DNA from: Salisapilia sapeloensis CBS 127946
Lineage: Eukaryota > Protista > Oomycota
Reading direction: 5' to 3'
Assembly (NCBI GenBank): GCA_023334545.1
Contig: JAADVB010000026.1
Span: forward strand, 53,086 to 117,085
DNA: 64,000 bases
A model generated the notes under the pieces. The model saw nothing but the letters and a program-made list of their open reading frames with translations. It was not told the DNA's origin and made no database searches. A program made the position numbers and the translations under genes. Below, in pieces: positions 39,001 to 50,421 of this stretch. The number at the start of each line of letters is the position of its first letter. Position 1 is the first letter of the stretch.

Positions 39001-39392
39001 AGGCACGAGAAGCGAATGAACTCACGCCGGCGATGGTGAATGAGCACAAGGCGTTCCTGGACAACATGACTACGGAACGGAACGCAGAGCTCGACAAGGT
39101 ACGCTCCGACGCGAATGAAAAGGAACAGCAGAAGCGCGATGCCTTCAACAAGAAGCTCCATCAGGCAGAAGCAAGCATTGAGAACCGTCGAGCACTGACA
39201 CACCATCGCATCCTCGAGATCCGGAAGGAACGAATGAACGCTCACGTGCTACGGGAGAAGGGATGGCAAGCGAAAGCTAGTGGGTGGATGGACAAGGCGA
39301 GTCGGAAGATGCAGTCCAAGGCCAGACAAGATGCGGATGCCGCTGCTGCAGACAAGAAGCGACGGAAGAAAATAGTCTTAGGATCATCGTAG
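9057..39392 (+). CDS. Giant (~10,050 aa) membrane protein: signal peptide, LamG-like, many IPT/TIG repeats, EVQ-type modules, Cys-rich GCC2_GCC3/Ephrin_rec_like repeats, ~10-11 TM, coiled-coil tail
   Basis: Exons 9057-9406, 9468-10194, 10252-13057 and 13114-39392. Introns of 61, 57 and 56 nt are all GT-AG and frame-preserving, giving 30,162 nt (10,054 codons including stop). Signal peptide '[14 protein letters not shown]'. Recurrent 'P..G...GGT.V.I.G.xF......C.FG' TIG pattern, 'CPxG(Y/F/H)(Y/F)C' repeats, and a hydrophobic block at about 35970-37520. Confidence 0.88.
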
Positions 39393-39468
39393 GACTCAAC
39401 ATGCAGCAAAAGTAGAATAAAAGTGGATAATTTGGCATTAGTCTTGGCGTTCGTGTTCATTTATACGC

Positions 39469-41077
39469 TTACGTCTTGGATTTGTTTATCCTTGGCAGCC
39501 ATATCTTGACGGAAAAGTCGGCAGAGGCAGACGCAAGGATCGGTTCTGACGGATGGAAGTCGACGCAGTACACGCGATCGCTATGTGCATCAATCTTCTG
39601 CACCAGTTGGGCCGAAGGATGGCCATTGGAAACGTTGAGACTCACATCATGCAGGTAGATACGGTTGTCCGCACTACCTGTCGCTAGCAACGACATCTCA
39701 CGCGACTGATCAGTGCGCTCCGAGTCCTGGAAGTCACTGCTGTCATCTTCCTGCAGCGACTGCTGGTGCCGACGATGCTTGGACGCACCGAGCTGATACT
39801 TGGTGCCGTCGCCACGGAAGAAAGAGCTCTTGATCGGCCAGTTCTTGTTTTTGTGACCTGTGACAGAGAATGATAGCTGCATCTGATCCTGACCATGCGA
39901 GCTACTGATGAGCTTAGCACGACGGTCGTACACGCGCAGGATGTTGTCGTAACTGTTCACAGCCAAGAACCGTCCTTCCTCATCACTTCCGTACTTTTTA
40001 GACGCTTGTACATGTGAGATTGCGTGTCCACCGTTATCATTCAGCTGGGATAGCTCCTCGATACAAGCACCCATGCGAACGTCCCACGTCTTGAGCATAC
40101 CTTTACTATCGCCCGTGATCACGTACTGACCATCAGGCGAGACGTACAACGAATTGATCATCGCCTCATTCTTCCACGTCCTAGATGTGTACACAGATAA
40201 GAGCATGCATATCGACGTCGGGACGGTAGAGACTTACGAGTACGAGTCGGCACGAGTGTCCATGTGATGGATACACCTCTTGCTCGTGCCGAAAAAGTAA
40301 TCAGCATTATCTATTTTCACATACAATAAGAAGCAAGTCTGTCGTATCGCTGATGAGGAGTGGAACCTGCTTCACTGTAGGAAACGCACTGGACGAGCCC
40401 TGGGACTTCACAACTATGCAGCAGCTCGTTCGTCGTGACATCCCAGCGCTTGACAGTGTGATCATAGGACGCAGATAATAGCTGAGAGCTGTCATTCGCC
40501 CAGCTGACGTCAATAACAAGTTGGTTATGACGAGATAGAGATGCTAGTTGCTGCTGATGGAATTTCGTCGTCACGTCCCATAACAAGACGCGTTTATCGA
40601 GCGATCCGGACGCCAGAAGCTTGCCACAGGGAGAAAACTTGGCTGTATAGACTGCCCCCGTGTGGGATCGTAGCGCAGCTTTTTCAAACAAGGTCCGTGG
40701 ATCATTCTCTTCGATATTCTCGTCCGACGCAGCAGGAAACTCCTTTGTACTTGGCGGAGACTGACCGGTCTGGCGAGATGACGTCGACAGCAGCTCTTGC
40801 ATCGGAAACGGGTCCGATGTCACATGCACACTTTCCAGTCTAGCACGATGCTTTAGTCTCCACTTAATCTAGAAATCACATCACGTCCGTACTTGAGTGT
40901 AAGTTCATAGACCGACCGCTTCAGATCATGATTCTCCTGCTCCAATTTCTCCACACTCTGTTTCAACTGCTTATTCTCCTTTGCTAGTGCCTACATCCGA
41001 CCTAAGACGTCAATTCACAAGCCTAGTCGATCGGGACGCACCTCATACTGCGCTCGAACGTCAGGCTCCGAAGCCAT
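39469..41077 (-). CDS. WD40-repeat protein with N-terminal coiled coil (multi-exon)
   Basis: WD repeats: SHTGAVYTAKFSPCGKLLASGSLDKRVLLWD, RHNQLVIDVSW...SASYDHTVKRWD, AHSDRVYCVDFHPSEPILASASADFSVKIW. First exon MASEPDVRAQYE|GTGCGT, followed by heptad-like AKENKQLKQSVEKLEQENHDLKRSVYEL. Internal exon boundaries are approximate. Confidence 0.85.
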
Positions 41078-41297
41078 GTTCGTACCTATTTGTAATTTGC
41101 TCTTTCATGTATTTGTCGCCAACCTTTCTCTCTTCCATCCAATCATAACGCGTATAAAGTGACTGACTTTTTCCATCCCAAGTCAAAGGGAGCGCAAACC
41201 CCACGTCGTGAGAACGCGAGTACTGCCTTGGTCGAGCCTCCTCGTTTGCATTTGCTTTCTATTGTGATCCATTCCCCCCTGCTTTACATACTTCATC

Positions 41298-43288
41298 ATG
41301 GGTACGTCTTCTATATTTTATGCACAAGAGGGGAATACTAGTAGTAAAGGAAGGAACGAACGAGATCATTGACCACTCATCTTATAGCAGACGACGAAGT
41401 GAACCCCATTGCGCTTCTTAGCGATGAACTCAAGAGTGATGAAGTTGAAACACGTATCAAGGCGATGCGGAGACTCAAGACCGTTGCCTTGGCACTTGGT
41501 CCGGAAGCCACACGAACGGACCTCGTGCCATTCTTACAAGGTACTCGAACTCGCTTGTCATTCGATACACGTCCATTGTGCTTAGTAAATGTACCTAGCG
41601 GAAGCGACGGATGACGATGACGAAGTGCTCGTCTCCCTTGCCGAGGAACTCGGTGGTTTCGTCGATCTAGTCGGCGGACCAGACTACGCCTCGGTCCTCC
41701 TCGAACCACTCGAAGCACTCGCAGGTGTCGAAGAAACAGTCGTCCGAGATCGAGTAGGACTTTTCAAACGCTTACGATATGGAATCCTTGCTTAATCCTT
41801 TCGATAGACGGTGGAAGCCTTGCAAACAGTCATCGGTGTCCTCCCTGGCGTCGAGGAAAGCGTCGTGCCGCTAGTCCGGAGACTCGCAGAAGGAGACTGG
41901 TTCACGTCTCGCGTATCTGCTTGCTCTCTCTTTGCCGTCATCTACGGCAACAGCACGAGCGCTGAACGCAAGAAGGAATTACGTGAACTCTTCCAAGCCA
42001 TGTGCAAAGACGACACGCCCATGGTCCGTCGTGCCGCTGCTTCCAACATGGGTAAATTCGCGGAGAAACTGGAAAAGGAGCACGTGCTAGAGCTCATCGT
42101 CCCAGCATTCAAGGACTTAACTGCTGACGATCAAGACAGCGTCCGTCTCTTGGCGATTGAGAACAGTGCGACCATCGGGGCGCTGCTTTCGAAAGACGAA
42201 AACCTTAGCCACGTCCTTCCGATCGTCCGTCAATCCGTCGAAGACCGATCGTGGCGCATTCGCTTCAACATCGCCAAGGACTTTTATCCGCTATCGAAAG
42301 CCATGGGCACCCAAATCACAGAATCGGAACTCGTCGGGTACTTTGCCAACCTCTTGCAAGACTCCGAGGCAGAGGTGCGTTCTGCTGCCGCCAAGAACCT
42401 CTCGGGGTACATCACGGTCGTCAGCAGCGACCTCTTCGCGACGGAGCTCCAGCCTCTCCTCTCGCCATTGTCACAAGACACGGCGCCCAACGTCCGCACG
42501 GCTGTCTCCGTCGCATGCATGGAGCTCGCGCCGCAGCTTGGTGAACAAGCCTCCAAGAACGTCCTGGCGCCTCTCCTCCTCCTCTTCCTACGAGACGAAG
42601 TCGTCGACGTCCGACTCAACATTCTCAAGCGCATGGACCACTTGGCCCAATGGATGTCGTCGTTCGAGTCTGTCCTCCTACCTGCTATCGTTGACCTCTC
42701 GCGCGATCTGCAGTGGCGTGTGCGTGAAGCCGTCATCCTGTCGATCCCGGCACTTGCTGGCAGCCTCGGCAGCGACTACTTCCAGAACAACTTGCTCGAG
42801 ATCTACATGGGCGCCTACACGGATATGGTGAGCGAAGTCCGGATGAGCGCGACCAAGATCCTGCCGCCATTGCTCGCGAGCGTCGGGAGTGACTACATCT
42901 TGCAGAACATTGTGCCGCGTCTGGCGCAGACGTTTGAGAGCTCCATCATCTACCAAGAGCGTGTGAATGTGCTCCATGCGCTGCGAGAATTGGCGTGTGA
43001 CCAGGCGTCAGGAGAACTCTTGGGTAGTCTCATTGCACTCGCGATTCGTGGCACCAAGGACAAGATCCCGAACGTTAGGTTTGTCGCTGCCACCACGCTA
43101 GAGCAACTGTGCAAGTTTTCAGACGCGTCACTCGTTTCGACACAAGTCCGGTACGTTTTTATATTTGATATAGGATGGTGCAAGTAGCTGATAACGAATG
43201 TAGACCGTGTTTGACGGAGATGGTGAATGATTCGGATGGAGACGTCAAGTACTACTCGACACTGGCGCTCGAGTCGGTGCAGGCATAA
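41298..43288 (+). CDS. PPP2R1A: Protein phosphatase 2A scaffold (A/PR65) subunit, HEAT repeats, about 5 exons
   Basis: [62 protein letters not shown]|GTACGT micro-exon at 41298-41301 spliced to CAGACGAC (MADDEV). Last exon [19 protein letters not shown]...VQA* ends at 43288. Confidence 0.93.
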
Positions 43289-43423
43289 GCTCTTGTGAGC
43301 TTTGTGTCGTACAAGGTAGGATGGGTGGATAAGGAGGGTGGATAGGCTAGTTTCCGACTGGAGGAGACGCCTCCAATCGGCCTCTCGGTCCTTTTGTCAC
43401 CAACAAACGCACGAGTTCGTCTC

Positions 43424-43470
43424 TCTTTTTTCAAATTTCTTTTCTTTTGATTTTAGTTTTTTTCTTTAGA
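43424..43470 (+). repeat. T-rich low-complexity tract between the convergent PP2A-A and PDX2 genes
   Basis: ctctcttttttcaaatttcttttcttttgattttagttttttttctttag; probably a 3'-end/termination zone. Confidence 0.4.
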
Positions 43471-43544
43471 AGTTAGTAGAGACATATCGAGGTCGTCGCC
43501 TTTATAAAAAAACAAGCAAGCTACCTGCTCTCGATCATGCACTT

Positions 43545-44314
43545 TTATTGTGTCTTTACAGTGGAAGAGACGATCGAACGGATAAAGTAACGATGCCAAC
43601 GATCATCCGACGTTAGCTCTGGATGGAAGGCTGTCGCGAGCAAAGAGCCCTAGGTTTCCATGTTATCATCTACTTCATAACACTACGTTAGAAGGGTTAC
43701 GTACCTGTCGAGCGGCTACGATGACGTCTTGAGGGTCAGATCCATCCGCTGGCTGGGCGCAATGAAGCTTGGATAGCACTTGGACGTCGTCACCGGTCGA
43801 GATGATCGCTGGTGCTCGGATGAAGATGGCATTGTACGGACCATCATCTCCTGGAGGACCACTGATCTTGGACTCGAAGCTGCGGACTTGACGACCAAAA
43901 AAGTTGCGAGAGACACTGACGTCCATGCCTCCAAGCAGATTCTGACCTCCTTCCTCTTCATGCTTTGCAGACGATGATAGCATGATCATACCAGCACAAG
44001 TTCCCCACATCGGTCGTTGGGACGAGACCCACTCTTTCAAAGGCTCCAACTACACGCGCACGAGCTCGATTATAAATGCAAACATAAATGATTAATAGAC
44101 AAGGTACCAGTCCAGAAGCGACTGCAACTTTGCCTATGGTTGTACTCTCGCCACCAGGAAGCACGAGAGCATCGGCTTTGGCCAATTCTTCAGGACGACG
44201 AACAGCAAACGCATGCACTGGCGTCGAAAGCTGCAAGTTGTTAAGCATATCGATGTGCTCTTGGAAAGCTCCTTGGAGCGCCAGAACACCCACTTCAATA
44301 CCACTGCTAGTCAT
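43545..44314 (-). CDS. PDX2: Pyridoxal 5'-phosphate synthase glutaminase subunit (SNO/PdxT), 3 exons, 218 aa
   Basis: GVLALQGAF, LVLPGGESTTI, WGTCAGMI (catalytic Cys), FIRAP, TAFHPEL (His/Glu). Introns at 44050-44107 and 43650-43704. Confidence 0.95.
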
Positions 44315-44387
44315 TCTCTAGGTAGAACGAGTCGAATGTCAGAATGACGTTAAGTGTATCTCCAAATAGGTCCCTTACAGCTTTCCG

Positions 44388-44397
44388 ATTGGCCAAT
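44388..44397. promoter_or_regulatory. Palindromic double CCAAT box (ATTGGCCAAT) in the PDX2/RRM bidirectional promoter
   Basis: Perfect 10-bp palindrome giving CCAAT on both strands, lying between the two divergent ATGs (44314 and 44504). Confidence 0.55.
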
Positions 44398-44503
44398 ACA
44401 AATACAGGGTAGGGTTAAATGGGCCGGCCCATCTTGAAGTTAAGTCGAAGTAAAATGCACGTAATATTCCTGCTGTTTCATATTACTCTTGACCTCATTT
44501 GCA

Positions 44504-45004
44504 ATGAAAAACGAGAAGCTCTTGTCCTCGGAGATCTGGCCCTCCAACGTCCATAAGAATCCGCGTCTATGGGTTGGTGACGTACCACCGAATTTATGTG
44601 CTAGTGAACGGAATATACGCAAACTATTCGAGCCGTTTGGTGAAATTGAAAGTGTCGTCATCCGGCGCGATTTTGCCGACTTGACAGCCAATGGCTTCTT
44701 CTTCATCACGTACTTGACGGGTGCAGAAGCTAATGCAGCTTTATCTGCAATTAAGGATGAAAAGATAGGCCAATATAAATTGCAAGCTGCAAAAGCATTT
44801 CCACGAGGACCTTTGCAACCTTCTTTCGAGCAAGAACAAGTCCGATCGATCGTGCTCGGTCATGCCTCTGTCGGTATGTCCCAAATCAGTCTTGACGAGA
44901 CGGAAGACCCGGATGACTTGCAACTACAAAATCTATCCCAGACATCACGTCGGAAGAAGAAGAATAGGCGAAAGCATCGATTGGACATGAATCCGGATGA
45001 ATAG
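44504..45004 (+). CDS. Single-RRM RNA-binding protein (~166 aa) with basic C-terminal tract
   Basis: RNP2-like RLWVGDVP, RNP1-like GFFFITY, 'LFEPFGEIESV'; basic tail RRKKKNRRKHR. Confidence 0.8.
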   Translation: MKNEKLLSSEIWPSNVHKNPRLWVGDVPPNLCASERNIRKLFEPFGEIESVVIRRDFADLTANGFFFITYLTGAEANAALSAIKDEKIGQYKLQAAKAFPRGPLQPSFEQEQVRSIVLGHASVGMSQISLDETEDPDDLQLQNLSQTSRRKKKNRRKHRLDMNPDE

Positions 45005-45016
45005 ATACTCGCTTCA

Positions 45017-47077
45017 TTAGTGTTGATGTGCCCTTTTCCCTAAAATACGTCTCTCCAATGCATGCATCGTCGATTCCAACTGCTTAGACTTGGATGCACC
45101 GCTCGCTTCCAACAGTTCTCGCACTTGACTCTGTTCATCCTCATCACTATCATCGGACATGACCATCTCCTCCCGCTCAAACTCCTCGTCCTCGTCCTCC
45201 GATCCACTCGACACGAGCTCATCCTGTTCATAATCACTATCTTTATCCTCATCCTCTTCTTCTCCACCTTTCATTCTCTTTAAAATACGAATAAGCAAAT
45301 CCGGTGATCCACCACCTTCCTCTTCCGTCGGATCCTGCTCCACCGCCGCCTTGGCCATCTCTGTGAACGTCCCTGCGTTCTCATCAATAAACGAAGGCCA
45401 GTTATGTTCACACGTTCGCTTCAGCAACGTCGCTGGTGTCGCGATGGACCAGGATGTGAAGAATAGTGCTGGATGGAAATTATTCACCTCACACGTCTGC
45501 GGTCCTTCCTCATCCTCTTCCAAAGCATACAGCTTCCAGTCCGCCGGGACGGAGAGACTCTTGACTGCTTCTACTGTCACATTAACATTCTCGTCGTCAT
45601 CTACGACGGAAATCACATCGGTCTCCGTCTTATGTCCTGCCTTCTTCCGTAACTCTCCTTCCAAGTACTGCACGACAGCCGAGAGGAAAATCGGAGAGTC
45701 CGACGTAAGTGTCTCTTGACTACCCTCCGGCACGACTTTAAACCGTTCTTTCAAAAACTTCCATCGCTTCGCAACTTCCGTTCGATTGCGATAAGGAAGG
45801 AACTTGGCTGCGATACGAGAGAAGCGTTTGCCGTCTTGGAACTCGAGTAGCCCTCGAACGACTCGAACGTCTTCTTCCATCACCCATCGACCACGTCGAG
45901 GAGATATATACTTTGCCTGATACGTCCTCACCGGGTTACTAGTCGCTCGATCGCAGATCAAGTACTGATACCGTCGCTGGAGCCGATGTAGACTTCGCGA
46001 CGGCAGCAACCCACTCGCGATTCGAGGCCACGAGTCTTTCTTCGTCCCCCATCGCTTGATCCCATGGGCCAACAAGCGCTCTTCACTCGGTGCGAATCGA
46101 CTTTCGAGCCACTTGGCCTTTGGTTCCTTTGGTAACGTCAAATGGAAATCTAATTCTCTTAAATCTTTACGTAATATCGAGTTGCATGCATCTACGGACG
46201 AAGCGGTCTGCAATGGTTTGCACAGACTACCGGAAGCACGTACGCTCCCGAGCTCAAAGATAGACGGATGAGCCACAGCGGCATGAGCAGCCGTCAGCGA
46301 CCGAGTGACACGACGCGACTCGATCGAATCTTGCTCTGCTTGGGCACTGGAAGAGCCTAGTCGAGAGAGAATCGCCTCCTTTCGCTGCTGAGCCTCATCG
46401 CCTCGACTACGCACTTCTTCCACCATGGTTTCGGCGACTCGAGCTGACTTATGGTCACCCTGCTGACTCGACATGTAGTACGTCTGTAGCAAGAGTTGCA
46501 AATGTTTATGCATTTGGGAAGCTACTTGGACACACTGATCTTGACTTAGCTGTCCTTTTAATGTCGATTGGAGTGCCTTGAGCGTCGATGGACCAGTCGA
46601 AGTAGCATAAGTATCAAAAGGTGCTGGCATTAAATCTGCTGCAGAACTCGTACTCATTTCTTTCGTATCAGCTACAGACGTCGTAGGGACTGTCTCGGAC
46701 TTGGCAAAGACGGTAGGAACATGACTGCGAGTGGAATCCCATAGCAGTTCGGTTAATTCCTTTTTCGATATATGTACTCTCTGATCTTCCTTATCTTCTT
46801 CTTCATCACTCGGATGATACTCATCATCCTCTTCATCTAGAAACGAAAGGTTCGATTGCTCATTCGGCACGAGAGATGCAAGGAATTGCTGGTACTCGTC
46901 ACCTTCATCAGCTACAGGAGTGGACAGTGTAAATCCAATATCATCTTCCAATTCCGGTAAATCAGCTTCCAATCGATCGATTGACACGTCTCTTAATGAA
47001 ATATGCGTACGAGTACGTCTGGCAATGTAATCATTGGCCTCAGCAGTCGTACTCTCGCCATCCTTTACTTGGCTCAT
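45017..47077 (-). CDS. GON4L/YY1AP1/DUO3-like Myb/SANT-domain nuclear protein
   Basis: 'IARRTRTHISLRDVSIDRLEADL' and 'FAPSEERLLAHGIKRWG' resemble motifs conserved in GON-4-like/DUO3 proteins. A second Myb-like repeat 'GRWVMEEDVRV...RNRTEVAKRW' and acidic tracts are present. Confidence 0.65.
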   Translation of the reverse strand: MSQVKDGESTTAEANDYIARRTRTHISLRDVSIDRLEADLPELEDDIGFTLSTPVADEGDEYQQFLASLVPNEQSNLSFLDEEDDEYHPSDEEEDKEDQRVHISKKELTELLWDSTRSHVPTVFAKSETVPTTSVADTKEMSTSSAADLMPAPFDTYATSTGPSTLKALQSTLKGQLSQDQCVQVASQMHKHLQLLLQTYYMSSQQGDHKSARVAETMVEEVRSRGDEAQQRKEAILSRLGSSSAQAEQDSIESRRVTRSLTAAHAAVAHPSIFELGSVRASGSLCKPLQTASSVDACNSILRKDLRELDFHLTLPKEPKAKWLESRFAPSEERLLAHGIKRWGTKKDSWPRIASGLLPSRSLHRLQRRYQYLICDRATSNPVRTYQAKYISPRRGRWVMEEDVRVVRGLLEFQDGKRFSRIAAKFLPYRNRTEVAKRWKFLKERFKVVPEGSQETLTSDSPIFLSAVVQYLEGELRKKAGHKTETDVISVVDDDENVNVTVEAVKSLSVPADWKLYALEEDEEGPQTCEVNNFHPALFFTSWSIATPATLLKRTCEHNWPSFIDENAGTFTEMAKAAVEQDPTEEEGGGSPDLLIRILKRMKGGEEEDEDKDSDYEQDELVSSGSEDEDEEFEREEMVMSDDSDEDEQSQVRELLEASGASKSKQLESTMHALERRILGKRAHQH

Positions 47078-47187
47078 TCCCGCCCGAGATAAGAAAATGG
47101 AGCAAAAATGACTTTACATGACACTTGAAATTTGTATATAGCACCAACTCCGCCAATTGACATCAAGTACGAGCTACAGAGGAAGAG

Positions 47188-49137
<1,950 letters not shown>

Positions 49138-49218
49138 ATGGTTGCGTGCATGTTATTTTCTGGGACGATCGGACACGACGGTGATTCGACCGGAAGCGAG
49201 ACGCCGTAGAAGCTCGTG

Positions 49219-50367
49219 ATGCTCGGCGCGACGGCGTCTAGCTCAGATGCGTCGTTGCTTACATACTTTCGTCATCGACAGCCTGGTAGTATGACTGCTT
49301 CTGTATTAGAAGCAGCGAATGCGACGCCAGAGGAACAAGAAGCGGAGGTGTATGAAGAACCGACGAACTCGAAAAAACGCAAGCGAGGCGGGCGTGTGCG
49401 TCTACGGAATTTCCTGTGCATGCACCCAGGATGTGGCAAGTCTTTCACGGATAATGCACACTTGAGAGACCATACGTTCGTCCATTCTGGAGAAAAGAAC
49501 CTCAGTTGTGACGTGTGTGGGAAAAAGTTTGCGCGACATTCGACACTGCACGACCATAAGCGCGTGCACACGGGTGAAAAGCCATATGCGTGCTCGCATG
49601 AAGGGTGTGACCGACGATACTCGTCCCGAGCAGCCCTTCGCTTCCACTTGTCTGTACACAACAGCACGAACGCAGCCACGGCGTCCCCATCTCGACCAAA
49701 GAACAACGCACAAGTTAGTCCGCCCGTCATCTGCGGTCTCTGCAACCAACAGTTTGCGACGCTAGAGGCGCTACAAGACCACAAGCGTACGCATGAACAA
49801 CCTCCAGTGGCCCCTGACTACTCGAGTCAGCTAGTTTTGCAGGAAGTCGTGGAGCAGCAGCAACGACAGATCGCTCAGCTCCAAGCAGAGCTCGAGCAGC
49901 TTCGAAAACCAGCCAAGAAACCCTCCAAGGCACCTAAGACATCAAAGCCGACAGCTGCAGCTAGTGTCCCGGTGAGTGAACCTCAAGTGGCTCCTGTCCG
50001 CTTCCTGGAAGACGGCGTCAAGCCCTTTCAGTGTCTCATCTGCGAGCGTCAGTTCGCCAACTTCTATCAGCTCTCATTCCACGGGAAACAGCATCCACAG
50101 GCGTCTACCACAGACGTCGTCGGTGACCAAGAACCTCTCCCAGTTGGCCCAAAGTACTGCCCCGTCGCCTCGTGCGAATACGCGACTGGAGGCAAGAGTC
50201 TCAAGAATCTGCAGACGCTCAAACGCCATTATCAACGTCGTCATCAGGAACAACGTCCACATATTTGCCACTTGTGCCCGCCATCGAATCCGAAGACGTT
50301 TAAGACGAGAGAAAACTTGCGTGCGCATGAAAAGGAATGTCGAGGTGGGAAACCATTCGTGGGGTAG
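49219..50367 (+). CDS. C2H2 zinc-finger transcription factor
   Basis: Tandem Kruppel-type fingers with HSGEK/HTGEKPY linkers, further dispersed C2H2 fingers, and a Gln-rich coiled coil. Confidence 0.88.
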   Translation: MLGATASSSDASLLTYFRHRQPGSMTASVLEAANATPEEQEAEVYEEPTNSKKRKRGGRVRLRNFLCMHPGCGKSFTDNAHLRDHTFVHSGEKNLSCDVCGKKFARHSTLHDHKRVHTGEKPYACSHEGCDRRYSSRAALRFHLSVHNSTNAATASPSRPKNNAQVSPPVICGLCNQQFATLEALQDHKRTHEQPPVAPDYSSQLVLQEVVEQQQRQIAQLQAELEQLRKPAKKPSKAPKTSKPTAAASVPVSEPQVAPVRFLEDGVKPFQCLICERQFANFYQLSFHGKQHPQASTTDVVGDQEPLPVGPKYCPVASCEYATGGKSLKNLQTLKRHYQRRHQEQRPHICHLCPPSNPKTFKTRENLRAHEKECRGGKPFVG

Positions 50368-50421
50368 GAAAGAAAGACTAGGCAATGCATCTCTTTTTTC
50401 TTTTTCTTTTTCTTTAGCTCG

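Noticed and set aside
13176-39392. Treating the 8738-aa ORF as a complete gene starting at 13176
   Set aside because: The frame extends upstream to a TAG acceptor at 13113, and three upstream exons splice in frame and supply the signal peptide.
42157-42831. 224-aa alternative-frame ORF within the PP2A-A exon
   Set aside because: The exon is GC-rich and depleted of stops in shifted frames; the product is Ser/Arg-rich and not protein-like.
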